Source of the DNA: a virus
Taxonomy: Duplodnaviria > Caudoviricetes
IMG/VR virus record: IMGVR_UViG_3300028048_001497
Span: 32,001-96,000 of that record
Direction: 5' to 3' (one strand)
Length of the DNA stretch: 64,000 bases
Shown: positions 9,453 through 19,316 of the stretch, in pieces
How the letters are laid out: each line of letters begins with the position of its first letter
How positions within the stretch are numbered: the first letter of the stretch is position 1
Program-made: the position numbers and the translations under genes
The notes under the pieces: generated by a model
Databases searched by the model: none
The model's input: the letters and a program-made list of their open reading frames with translations, nothing else
Told to the model about the DNA's origin: nothing

Positions 9453-10028
9453 ATGGAAAAGAAAAATGAAACTGAAGGACAAGAATTTGTTTCGCCTGTT
9501 TATCATGTTCGTCGTGTACCTGTTGAAAAATTAGTTGCAAATGAATACAATCCTAACCACGTAGCTCCCGAAGAATTTAAGCTTCTGTACGATTCAATTA
9601 AATGTGATGGTTATACTATGCCAATTGTTACATATTATCGTAAAGAAGATGACATGTATGAAATTGTTGACGGGTTTCATCGTTATACTATTTTAAAAAC
9701 GCATAAGGATATTTATGAACGAGAACATGGTTGTTTGCCTGTTGTTGTAATTGATAAGCCATTAGAAGAACGCATGGCATCAACTGTAAGGCATAATCGA
9801 GCTAGGGGCACGCATGATGTAGACCTAATGAGTAATATTGTTGGAGAACTTCATAAACTTGGTCGTGAAGATGCTTGGATTGAAAAGCATTTAGGCATGT
9901 CAGAAGATGAAGTACTTCGTTTAAAACAGATTACAGGACTTGCAGAATTGTTTAAAGATAAAGAATTTTCTCAGGCGTGGACAACAGAAGATAATATCTC
10001 TGTAAATGGGGAGGAAGTTGAAGAATGA
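9453..10028 (+). CDS. IbrB/YbdM-like ParB/Srx N-terminal domain protein
   Basis: ANEYNPNHVAPEE, DGYTMPIV, IVDGFHRY, RMASTVRHNRARGTH, LGMSEDEVLRLKQITG. Confidence 0.9.
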   Translation: MEKKNETEGQEFVSPVYHVRRVPVEKLVANEYNPNHVAPEEFKLLYDSIKCDGYTMPIVTYYRKEDDMYEIVDGFHRYTILKTHKDIYEREHGCLPVVVIDKPLEERMASTVRHNRARGTHDVDLMSNIVGELHKLGREDAWIEKHLGMSEDEVLRLKQITGLAELFKDKEFSQAWTTEDNISVNGEEVEE

Positions 10029-11200
10029 AAATTTTTACAGACGATATGAAAATTGATGATGAAGAATGGAAAGATATTGATAAAACATACAAAATTAGTA
10101 ATTTTGGGAGAGTAATATTTTTCCGAAATAAAAAATGGTATTTATCTAGCATAAAGGATAATCAAGTGTCTATTCATGCAAAACAAATACAAGTATGTGC
10201 TTTGGTATTAAAAATATTTAAAAACATTGAATTGACAAACAAAGAATATATCAAACACTTAGATGGAAATGAAGAAAATAATTATATAGAAAATTTAATT
10301 GTTGATACAAAATCTAATAAATACAAACAGTTTGCAAAAGAAGGTAAATTCGATAATTTTATTCATTCTACAATAAAGAATGACATATTAGTAGAATGCT
10401 ATGAATATATAGATGAAAACAATGTCAAATGGAAATCTATTTATGGATATGAAGGATTATATGAAATAGGAACAAATGGGCATATTAAATATTTAACAAA
10501 AGATGGTAAAAAACATGATATGTCTATTAATGATAATGGTAGAAAAGGATATTTAATTGTTCAACTAAGAAAAAATGGAAAACGTTCGAGCAAACTTGTG
10601 CATCGTTTAGTTATGGAAAATTTTAAACCGCTTGAAAATATGAATGATTTGCAAGTAAATCATATTGATGGAAATAACAAAAATAATGATATTTCTAATT
10701 TAGAATGGGTAACGGCAAAAGAGAATATGAAACATGCAAATGATAATGGATTGGTTAATAATCAATCTGTGTTTTTTAAATATAATGGAAAAAAATATTT
10801 TCATATTCACGAGATAATGAAAGAATATGATTTATCCGTTCAAGAAGCGCAAAACGTTGTAGAACGAGTCCCAATTCGTGAAGCTACGTATGTAAAACGA
10901 TGGAAAGAAAAAAATGGCTTGCCAAATGAAAAATGGGAAATCGTAGAAGGATATAATTGTGAAATATCTAATTATGGAAGATGTTTAACATATATTGATA
11001 ATCATCGTTTTCAATGCACTTTAAAACAGATTAGAAAAAATAAATACTATAATTTAACAGATATGTATGGACATCGTAAAGATTATATGATTGCAAAATT
11101 GGTACTTCATGCATTTACTGATTATAATAATGAAAAGATTCAATATAAAGATGGTAATTGTTTAAATTTTAAATTAGAGGATTTAATATGGAAAAAATGA
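10025..11200 (+). CDS. NUMOD4/HNH homing endonuclease with three repeated modules
   Basis: Three W(K/E)xI...ISNxGR-type modules; the central one has an intact VHRLV..VNHIDGNNKNNDISNLEWV. Confidence 0.85.
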   Translation: MKIFTDDMKIDDEEWKDIDKTYKISNFGRVIFFRNKKWYLSSIKDNQVSIHAKQIQVCALVLKIFKNIELTNKEYIKHLDGNEENNYIENLIVDTKSNKYKQFAKEGKFDNFIHSTIKNDILVECYEYIDENNVKWKSIYGYEGLYEIGTNGHIKYLTKDGKKHDMSINDNGRKGYLIVQLRKNGKRSSKLVHRLVMENFKPLENMNDLQVNHIDGNNKNNDISNLEWVTAKENMKHANDNGLVNNQSVFFKYNGKKYFHIHEIMKEYDLSVQEAQNVVERVPIREATYVKRWKEKNGLPNEKWEIVEGYNCEISNYGRCLTYIDNHRFQCTLKQIRKNKYYNLTDMYGHRKDYMIAKLVLHAFTDYNNEKIQYKDGNCLNFKLEDLIWKK

Positions 11201-11892
11201 TATATAAAAAATTTAATTTAGATTTTATAGAAGTAAAGGATAAGTATAATTGTTGTTTTACAGAAAAAGATTTTAAAACAGAAAAATATGACTTTTTATT
11301 TATTAAGAATCAAAAAATGTGTGACACATTTATGTTAAAATATAATTTTATTTGTAAATTTAAAAATGGATTGCTAATTTCAAACAAATATGCGATTTAT
11401 AATGAATCTGTATATGACATTGTAAGATTAAATGAAAATGATGGTCATAAGTATGCAAAAATATATTTAAAACAATGTGGATTGGTCATAAGGTTTTATG
11501 ATAAGCAAACAAGAAATACTATATTAAACAATTATATTAATATTCCAAAAGGCAATAGAGTACCAATTATTAAGTTTACAGAATATTTTTGTATAACAAA
11601 ATATATACATAAAGGTTTTTTGGATAATTTTAGTATAATAAAATTTTTATTTGTTATGTATCTTTTATTGTATAAGAATAAATTGATTTTTGATTTGCAA
11701 CAAGATAATATTATAATTGATAAAAAATTAAACATTTATGTTGTTGATATGGAAGCTAAAAATATTTTTACAAAAAATGAATTAATGCGCTTTTATATCA
11801 TGTCTTATTTTTTTTATTGGTTAAATGTAATAGATAATAGAATGGATAAAGAGTTTTTTGATAAATTATATCAATATGATTTAAAACATTAA
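11188..11892 (+). CDS. hypothetical protein, possibly kinase-like fold
   Basis: DLQQDNIII...YVVDME resembles the kinase catalytic loop DxxxxN plus a DFx-like motif. Confidence 0.4.
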   Translation: MEKMIYKKFNLDFIEVKDKYNCCFTEKDFKTEKYDFLFIKNQKMCDTFMLKYNFICKFKNGLLISNKYAIYNESVYDIVRLNENDGHKYAKIYLKQCGLVIRFYDKQTRNTILNNYINIPKGNRVPIIKFTEYFCITKYIHKGFLDNFSIIKFLFVMYLLLYKNKLIFDLQQDNIIIDKKLNIYVVDMEAKNIFTKNELMRFYIMSYFFYWLNVIDNRMDKEFFDKLYQYDLKH

Positions 11893-12017
11893 CAATTTGT
11901 TATTAAATGAGGATGATAATGAATTATGATTCGTGAGAATTTTACACTAGATGGTAAAAAAATGTTTTAAAAGGTAATATAATAAAAGCAATAGACAATA
12001 TAAAGGAGAAAAGTAAT

Positions 12018-13322
12018 ATGAATTATAATATATGCATTGTTGGATTAGGATATGTTGGAATCCAATTAGCTTGTGAATTTGTTAAAAAAGTTCCTGTATA
12101 TGGATATGATACAAATATAAAAAAAGTGGATAATTATGAAAACGGATATGATGTAACGCAATCGGTAGATACAGAATTGCTATCAGAAATTAATTTCGTT
12201 ACAGATGAAAATCAATTTACATTAGATAAAAACAAACCTAATGTATGGATTGTTTGTGTTCCGACACCTATAGATGATAAACATATTCCTGATATTAGTA
12301 TGTTAAAATCTGCGACAAAAATGGTTGCTAAATATTTAGCAGTTGGAGATACTGTTATTTTTGAATCAACGGTAGCACCAAAAACGACTAGAAATGTTTG
12401 TATTCCTATTTTGGAAACGAATAGTAATTTAGTTTGTGATGAAGATTTTTATGTTGGCTTTTCTCCTGAAAGATTACAACCAGGTAAAGGAGGTAAAACT
12501 ATTAGACAAATTACAAAATTGGTTTCAGGTTCATCAGATAAAGCATTAGAAAAAGTTTATGATATATATCATTTAATTCTTCCAAAGAATAAGATATATA
12601 AATGCAGTTCATTAGAAGTGGCAGAAACATCAAAGATAATGGAAAATGTTAAACGTGATGTGAATATTGCTTTAATGAATGAATTTCAGATGATTTGTTC
12701 TATGAGTGGAATTAATTTTGACGATGTATTAAATTCTGCAAGAACAAAATTTAATTTTAATAATGCTTCATATAATCCTGGTATGGTTGGTGGGCATTGT
12801 ATTGGTGTAGACCCATATTATTTCATTGATTTTGAAAATAAGTATAATAAAGATTGGTATGGTTTAGTAGATTCTGCTAGAGCAATTAATGAAACTGTTC
12901 CATTTTTCTTAGCAAATCAGATTTTAGATGAAATAAATAAAAAACATCCACGTATCACAATATTGGGATTTTCTTTTAAGGAAAATTGTAATGATATTCG
13001 TAATACAAAAATTTATGATTTATATAAATATTTAACTGATGCAGGAGCAGAAGTTTATATTGTAGATAATAAATGTGATAAACAATTAGTTAAAGAACAG
13101 TATGGAATAGATTTATTGGATGAAATTCTTATTGGGAATGATTGTATTTTTATCGCATTGAAAGAACCAGATTTAATTCCACAAGATATAGAAAGTAAAT
13201 TGTTTGATGATGGATTTATTTTTGACTATAAGGGGTTATTTAAAGATTATTTAGATGATATAACAAATAACAATTTAATGGATAAAAACAAAATTCCATT
13301 TGATAGAGTTGTTACATTATAA
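12018..13322 (+). CDS. UDP-glucose/GDP-mannose dehydrogenase family (UDP-HexNAc 6-dehydrogenase-like)
   Basis: GLGYVG, CVPTP, FESTV, FSPER, KIMEN, GGHCIGVDP, FKENCNDIRN. Confidence 0.93.
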   Translation: MNYNICIVGLGYVGIQLACEFVKKVPVYGYDTNIKKVDNYENGYDVTQSVDTELLSEINFVTDENQFTLDKNKPNVWIVCVPTPIDDKHIPDISMLKSATKMVAKYLAVGDTVIFESTVAPKTTRNVCIPILETNSNLVCDEDFYVGFSPERLQPGKGGKTIRQITKLVSGSSDKALEKVYDIYHLILPKNKIYKCSSLEVAETSKIMENVKRDVNIALMNEFQMICSMSGINFDDVLNSARTKFNFNNASYNPGMVGGHCIGVDPYYFIDFENKYNKDWYGLVDSARAINETVPFFLANQILDEINKKHPRITILGFSFKENCNDIRNTKIYDLYKYLTDAGAEVYIVDNKCDKQLVKEQYGIDLLDEILIGNDCIFIALKEPDLIPQDIESKLFDDGFIFDYKGLFKDYLDDITNNNLMDKNKIPFDRVVTL

Positions 13323-13392
13323 AGTTGTGATAGGCATATGTTTTCAATCTATTTCATTTAGAGAAAGAATTTGAATGAGGTGGTGAAAATAT

Positions 13393-13932
13393 ATGCCTAT
13401 AATTTTACAATCGGCAGATGATAATACAATTTCTCCTTTAACAGATAAAGAAAGAGATTTGGTACATAAATTAAGAGCTATGTTAAAAGATGTTCCTGAT
13501 GAACAATTTCGTAGTTTGAATACATTAGTAGAAAAACAAAGAGGACAAAGATGGTCTGATGAATTGTTATTAATCTATTTGCAAATAGCTATGGCAGATA
13601 TTAATGCAGAGCCACCACTTACAATTTATACATTATATGATGTTCCTATTAGTTGGGAAGGCTGTGTTTTAACCGGAAGTTTCATTCTTGCCTTACTAGG
13701 GGAATCAGTAGTACAGAATGGTGAAGCATTTAGTTATTCTGATAACGGCATTTCGTTAAATATCAATCAAGCTGCTGGTTATCAATCTATAGCACAATCT
13801 ATGCAAAGTGCTTATCAACAACAAAAACAGAATATAAAGAAGTCTTTGCGTCCAAATGCTGCGGTACTAAAGAGTAACCCCGCACCAGTCAGGATTCGTT
13901 CTTACGCTCAAAGGATGTGGGTGTACAGATGA
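13393..13932 (+). CDS. putative head-tail connector/neck protein
   Basis: Helical protein with RWSDELL and FSYSDNGISL, typical of adaptor-like virion proteins; GAGGTGG RBS; followed by a terminator. Confidence 0.5.
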   Translation: MPIILQSADDNTISPLTDKERDLVHKLRAMLKDVPDEQFRSLNTLVEKQRGQRWSDELLLIYLQIAMADINAEPPLTIYTLYDVPISWEGCVLTGSFILALLGESVVQNGEAFSYSDNGISLNINQAAGYQSIAQSMQSAYQQQKQNIKKSLRPNAAVLKSNPAPVRIRSYAQRMWVYR

Positions 13933-13947
13933 TAAACTCACACATAT

Positions 13948-13978
13948 AAGAGATTTGATTTTCAAATCTCTTTTTTTT
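13948..13978 (+). terminator. intrinsic terminator
   Basis: aagagatttga-ttt-tcaaatctctt plus T run. Confidence 0.75.
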
Positions 13979-14012
13979 ATAATAAAAAATATGAATAAAA
14001 AGGAGGAAATAT

Positions 14013-15884
14013 TTGTTGAAAGATGCGATTTATAAAATGAAAATTACAAATGCAATTAAAAAAAATAAATCAAAAGAAGCAGATGAATTAAGAAAATATG
14101 CGAAAAGAGAAATTTCAAAAACATTAATTGAAAAAAATGGAATATATGCAAGGGATGAATCTTATTTTAATAATCCGTTATATCATCAAACAAAATGTGT
14201 AGAATGTAATAAAACGTTTTTATATAAACACAAAAATGGAAAAGAACCTCCGAAATTTTGTTCAACAAATTGTAGACATAAACATAATCGAAAGAAAGTA
14301 ATAAAAAAATGTATCATTTGTGGGAAAGAATATATAACAAATAATTGTGATGAAAAGTATGCTCAATTCTGTTCTGACGAATGTTATCAGGAAGGATTAA
14401 AACAGGCTAGAATTAATGAAATACCCATTCTAACGTGCGTTAATTGTGGAAAAGAATATCCTTTATATACAAATACAAGTGGATTTTATGATTCATATCA
14501 ATGTGAATGTGAAATGGACGTAAAGCGCAATCAAAAAATTCATATTTGCCACTATTGTGGAAAAGAATATTTAACAAGTTCTAAAAAATCAAAATTTTGT
14601 TCTTTTCAATGTTCATCAAAACAAACGCGAAAAGATGTTGTGTGGAAAAATTTAAGTGAACATAAAAAAGAATACGAACAAATTACAAAAAGAAAATTAC
14701 CATTAAATAATGAAGATAATTTTGAATGGATAGAAAGAAATGGTATATATGGAAAATCGGAAGAAGATTTTGATTATTTAAGCTATAATCCAAATGCTTT
14801 AAAAACTTGTAAACAATGCGGAAGAAAATATATATCATCGAATAATGAAGATGGATATTGTAGTAGAAAATGTTTCTATGAATCTAAAAAGTCTCATACG
14901 ATTAAAAAATGTTTAAATTGTAATAAAGAATATTCTATATCTGTTACAGATGAACCATATTCACAATTTTGTTCTGATGAATGTGAACAAAATTATTATG
15001 AACATATAAAAGAAAAATGCAAAGTCTATGATAGATTGCATAAATGTACGTGTATAAATTGTGGAAAAGTATTTTATGATATAACAAATACTAGTGTAGA
15101 ATTTTGTTCTTATCAATGTTCTGTTGATTTTAATCATAAACAAAAATTAATAACTAAAAAATGTAAACAATGTGGTAAAGAATTTCAAACATATAATGAT
15201 AGTGATTTTTGTTCTACTAGTTGTTCGTCAAAATATAATATGAAACATGGAAAACGACCACCAAAACAACATTGTCCTTGGAATAAAGGCTTAACTGCGA
15301 AAAATTGTAAAATTATTAAACATAATGCAAAAAAGAAATCTATTACTATGAAAAAAGGTATTGCTTCAGGAAAAATAAAAATGTACTTTAAAGGGAAACA
15401 TTTAACAGAAGAACATAAAAAGCATTGCGCTATTGCTCAATCTAAAGCAATTCGAGAAGGAAGGAAACCTGCTTCACCACAATATATTCATGGATTTTTT
15501 AAAGGTATAGGACATTATGTTCGTAGTGGATGGGAATATAATTTTGCTAAAATATTAATTTATCTACATCGTGATTATGAATATGAATCAAAAACATTTT
15601 TAATAGATGGTGGCAAACAAACATATACACCAGATTTTTATGATAAGGATAGAGATTTGTATTATGAAATAAAAGGTTGGTTTCCAAAAGAAGAACGAGA
15701 AAAATTTAAAAAATTTCGAGAGCAATATCCAAATATAAAGATACATTTATTGCAAGTCAAAAAATTCAAAAATATATATTTATCTTTTAAGGATAAAATA
15801 AAAATGTTAGGCTTGTTTGGTGTAAAAAAATCAAAAGTTGGAATATTAATAACAAAAGATTTAATTAAAATAAAAAGAGATTAA
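14013..15884 (+). CDS. putative homing endonuclease with 8 Zn-finger modules, NUMOD3 and PD-(D/E)xK domain
   Basis: Repeats CxxC(G/N)Kx(Y/F)...FCSxxC; C-terminal RSGWE..YTPDFY..YEIKGW. Confidence 0.75.
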   Translation: MLKDAIYKMKITNAIKKNKSKEADELRKYAKREISKTLIEKNGIYARDESYFNNPLYHQTKCVECNKTFLYKHKNGKEPPKFCSTNCRHKHNRKKVIKKCIICGKEYITNNCDEKYAQFCSDECYQEGLKQARINEIPILTCVNCGKEYPLYTNTSGFYDSYQCECEMDVKRNQKIHICHYCGKEYLTSSKKSKFCSFQCSSKQTRKDVVWKNLSEHKKEYEQITKRKLPLNNEDNFEWIERNGIYGKSEEDFDYLSYNPNALKTCKQCGRKYISSNNEDGYCSRKCFYESKKSHTIKKCLNCNKEYSISVTDEPYSQFCSDECEQNYYEHIKEKCKVYDRLHKCTCINCGKVFYDITNTSVEFCSYQCSVDFNHKQKLITKKCKQCGKEFQTYNDSDFCSTSCSSKYNMKHGKRPPKQHCPWNKGLTAKNCKIIKHNAKKKSITMKKGIASGKIKMYFKGKHLTEEHKKHCAIAQSKAIREGRKPASPQYIHGFFKGIGHYVRSGWEYNFAKILIYLHRDYEYESKTFLIDGGKQTYTPDFYDKDRDLYYEIKGWFPKEEREKFKKFREQYPNIKIHLLQVKKFKNIYLSFKDKIKMLGLFGVKKSKVGILITKDLIKIKRD

Positions 15885-15892
15885 ACATCATA

Positions 15893-15931
15893 AAAAGATT
15901 AAACATAATAAAATGTTTAATCCTTTTTTTT
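15893..15931 (+). terminator. intrinsic terminator
   Basis: gattaaacat...atgtttaatc plus T run. Confidence 0.6.
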
Positions 15932-15957
15932 ATATTTCTTAAATAGGTGATAGAGTA

Positions 15958-16794
15958 ATGATTGATATTGTAATATACTATCCTTATTTGGATGGTACTA
16001 CAACTTCTTTAATTGACCTATGGTTTAATTTAAAACATTTTACGAATGATGTAAGGTGTTCTATAGTTGTAGATACAAATGATATGAAAAGAAATATAGA
16101 TTTTTTTGTTGCATTACAAAAAAGCGTTCCGAAAACATTTGAATATCGGATTATTCCATTATCTGATTTATATCAAATGAAATTTGATAAATTGGTTCTT
16201 TCATTTGGTATTTTCCGTTTTTTACATAAGATACCAACAAATTATAATTATTTGTATGTGTTGGACGCAGGAAGAATTATCTATGATTTTTTTGTAAACA
16301 ATTGTACTTATATTAATTACATGAAATCATTGGTTAATTATACTATCTACACCAACTACACAAATACACAATATATACAAGGATTAAACTATAAAATATA
16401 TTATCACAAATTTAGTCATGAAAGAATCAATTATTTAAAGAAATTAAATAAGATACACAAAACAACAAAAGTAGAAGATAGAGAAAAGACAGGAAACATT
16501 CATTTTGAATATTTAAAGAATGATGTATTAAACTATCATAGATGGAGAAAGGTAATAGATGGTGTGTATGCAGAGAATATAGGTAAGATGATATTTGAAT
16601 TTTCTGCATTAGGAAAACAAGTACATTATAGTAATGAAAATAAAACACAGGATGATGGTTTAACGTGTTATCTAAAACTATTTGGAATAGATGACAATAA
16701 AAATCAAGATATACATATTACAGAAGAAGAACTGTTTGATAAATTAGGTATGAAGGAGAATGATGTATTATTGAATGATATAACACAAAATTAA
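15958..16794 (+). CDS. hypothetical protein, paralogue of 42090..43001 (possibly glycosyltransferase-like)
   Basis: Shares (D/N)G..TS..D...NL, KFS.ERIN.LK and ENIGK..FEF..LGK...DDGLT with 42090..43001. Confidence 0.55.
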   Translation: MIDIVIYYPYLDGTTTSLIDLWFNLKHFTNDVRCSIVVDTNDMKRNIDFFVALQKSVPKTFEYRIIPLSDLYQMKFDKLVLSFGIFRFLHKIPTNYNYLYVLDAGRIIYDFFVNNCTYINYMKSLVNYTIYTNYTNTQYIQGLNYKIYYHKFSHERINYLKKLNKIHKTTKVEDREKTGNIHFEYLKNDVLNYHRWRKVIDGVYAENIGKMIFEFSALGKQVHYSNENKTQDDGLTCYLKLFGIDDNKNQDIHITEEELFDKLGMKENDVLLNDITQN

Positions 16795-16808
16795 AAGGAG
16801 GTGTAATA

Positions 16809-17264
16809 GTGGTAGATAATGTAAGATTAAATGACAGGACGAAAAGAGTAATGAATCAAGTATTAGATTTCATTCATATCAACAATGTTTCTTTTTATAT
16901 TTACAAATCAATGGATTTTCCGTATATGAAAACGATTGTTGATGAATTAAGTAAATATATGAATGACTATGCACATATCAATACACGTCATGTAATCAGA
17001 TTGAAAACATATCGAAAGAATACGAGATTAATTATGTTTACTTTATTGTTAAATGATAAAGGAATAAATGATATAACATGTCAGTATGAGAATTTAAATA
17101 ATTTTGTAAAGACAATTTTTAATGATGTAGAAATTTTGCAAATTAAATTGAATTGTCAGTACACAGAATATCATGAATTTTTATCGAATGTACGGACATC
17201 AATAAAAAATTATTTAGAAGATAGATATAACAATCGTTTGGAAGGAATGGATTCAAATGAATGA
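16809..17264 (+). CDS. hypothetical protein
   Basis: ORF with AGGAGG RBS. Confidence 0.6.
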   Translation: MVDNVRLNDRTKRVMNQVLDFIHINNVSFYIYKSMDFPYMKTIVDELSKYMNDYAHINTRHVIRLKTYRKNTRLIMFTLLLNDKGINDITCQYENLNNFVKTIFNDVEILQIKLNCQYTEYHEFLSNVRTSIKNYLEDRYNNRLEGMDSNE

Positions 17265-17436
17265 GTTAGCGATTCTGTTTATTTTATTAATGGTAGCCTA
17301 TAGTGTTGGACAAGTTGTGCAACTGATTATATCAGTTGCATGTGTTTGTTTTATTACATTATTCTTTTTATGTTCGATTAATGGAGATAAAAATATTTAT
17401 TATTGGTATAAATATATGAGAGCGAAAAGGGGATAA
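17257..17436 (+). CDS. small membrane protein (59 aa)
   Basis: MNELAILFILLMVAYSVGQVVQLIISVACVCFITLFFL...; hydrophobic; overlaps the previous stop. Confidence 0.5.
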   Translation: MNELAILFILLMVAYSVGQVVQLIISVACVCFITLFFLCSINGDKNIYYWYKYMRAKRG

Positions 17437-17442
17437 TGTGGG

Positions 17443-18363
17443 ATGGAATTTCATTCATTAAGTGAGATAAAGAAAATATATGAAGAAGAAGATAACTTAG
17501 GTGCACTTGATGATTTATTATATAGTGCAGTAGATGCCATAGTTACGAATTCAAAATATGCAAAGTTTTTTTATGAAGAATATCCATTTGAAGATGGTAG
17601 AGAAGCGATTAATCGGTGTAATTATGATGATTTAAAAGAATGTACCATAGATACTTATGCTCAATATGTAGCATATTCAAAAGATGATGAGATAATAAAA
17701 GAATATGAATATTCTATTTATGGTTCAACGAATGTAGAAGATTTAGTAGAATTTTCACCATATTGTTTATATGAATTAATTAAATCTGTAGATAAAGACT
17801 TCAATAATGATTTTGAAAAAAAAACCTATTCTGATTATTTTGAACGAAGATTATTTAGAAATAAATATAAAACGATACAAAATGATAGTGATGAAAATAT
17901 AGATAGTGCAAAAGAATTAGATAAAATAAAAGATAATATAGGGGATAAACATAATATCAATTTTGATTATGATTATGAAGATAGAGATTATGCATTTATC
18001 TATTTAGATGGTAAAATTATAGAAGGTAAAAGTGGGTAGACACACGCACAGGTATTGGAAGATTATATGAAAAAAATAAATAGAGAAGAAGATATACCTG
18101 AAGATTATAAAGATGGTGGAGATATAGAAGGAAGTAGACCTTCTAATGACCGCATTAATAGATTATTAGGAACGGAAAACAATGCTTATGGAAATGTGAT
18201 AGATAATATGGCATTAATAGAAGTATTAGAAAATGTATCCGAACAAGAAATAGCGGATGCGTGTAAAAAGCAGTTAAAAGTAGATAAAGTATATATGGTA
18301 AATAGAAATACGAATACAGATGTAGTAAAAAGATTAGCAAAGATAATAAGGATGGATGTATAA
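17443..18363 (+). CDS. acidic protein family copy 1, with in-frame TAG at 18037-18039
   Basis: ORFs 17443..18039 and 18055..18363 are one frame. EGKSG*THAQVLE aligns to EGKEGQTHAQILE in the paralogue; joined length 306 aa vs 317 and 310 aa. Confidence 0.75.
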
Positions 18364-19316
18364 TGAATATAGAATTTCAATCACTACAACAAATAGAAGA
18401 TTTTTTTAAAGAAAATAATAACAATTATTTTAATTCATTTAAATATACAGTAGACTTTTTATTTGATGAAGATAATTTTGAAAAATTTTTTGAAGATGAA
18501 TATATGATAGACATATATGATGAACAAAATGAAGATATATGGGAAGATTTACAAAATGCAGATATATCAGAATTTGTTGATTGGCTAGTAAATACGAGTA
18601 AATATAGTGATGGAAAACTTTCGGATGAATATGCTTATGTATTAGAAGAAGAAATACCTGATAATGAATATTCTTTTACATATGAATGTTTAGAAGAATT
18701 GATTGATAGTTTTGCGCATGAAAATTCGTATGTAGCAGATTTTAATAAAGCGAAAAAATCATATATGGATTTTTTTGAACGCAATGCACTTCATGATGAA
18801 TATAATATGGTAGATGATTATGATGAAGATAAAAAATCCATTAATAGTGCAGAAGAATTAGATGAAATAAATGATAGTGTTGGAGATACGCATAAAATAG
18901 ATTTTAAGTATGATTATAAAGACAGAGATTATGCGTTTATTTATGTAGATGGTGAATTAATTGAAGGAAAAGAAGGACAAACACACGCACAAATATTGGA
19001 AAACTATTTAATAGATAATGATAGGGAAGATGAAATTCCTGAAGATTATAAAACAGATGATGGAGATATAGGTGGTAGTAGACCTAGTAAAAAGCGTGTA
19101 GAAAGATTAGTAGGGAAAGAAGATGCTGATGTAGCTTTTGGTCATGTAATAGATAATGTAGCATTAGTAGAAATTGTAAATGGCGTTTCAGAAGATACAG
19201 TAGCAAAAACGTGTATGAAAGAATTAAATATAGATAAAGTATATTTTGTAAATCATCAGAATGAAGTAGTCAAGAGATTAGCAAAAGTTGTTTTATATAC
19301 AAAGGAGAATGTTTAA
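18363..19316 (+). CDS. acidic protein family copy 2
   Basis: D/E-rich; conserved RDYAFIY.DG..THAQ..GSRPS..FGH.IDN.A..VKRLAK. Confidence 0.8.
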   Translation: MNIEFQSLQQIEDFFKENNNNYFNSFKYTVDFLFDEDNFEKFFEDEYMIDIYDEQNEDIWEDLQNADISEFVDWLVNTSKYSDGKLSDEYAYVLEEEIPDNEYSFTYECLEELIDSFAHENSYVADFNKAKKSYMDFFERNALHDEYNMVDDYDEDKKSINSAEELDEINDSVGDTHKIDFKYDYKDRDYAFIYVDGELIEGKEGQTHAQILENYLIDNDREDEIPEDYKTDDGDIGGSRPSKKRVERLVGKEDADVAFGHVIDNVALVEIVNGVSEDTVAKTCMKELNIDKVYFVNHQNEVVKRLAKVVLYTKENV

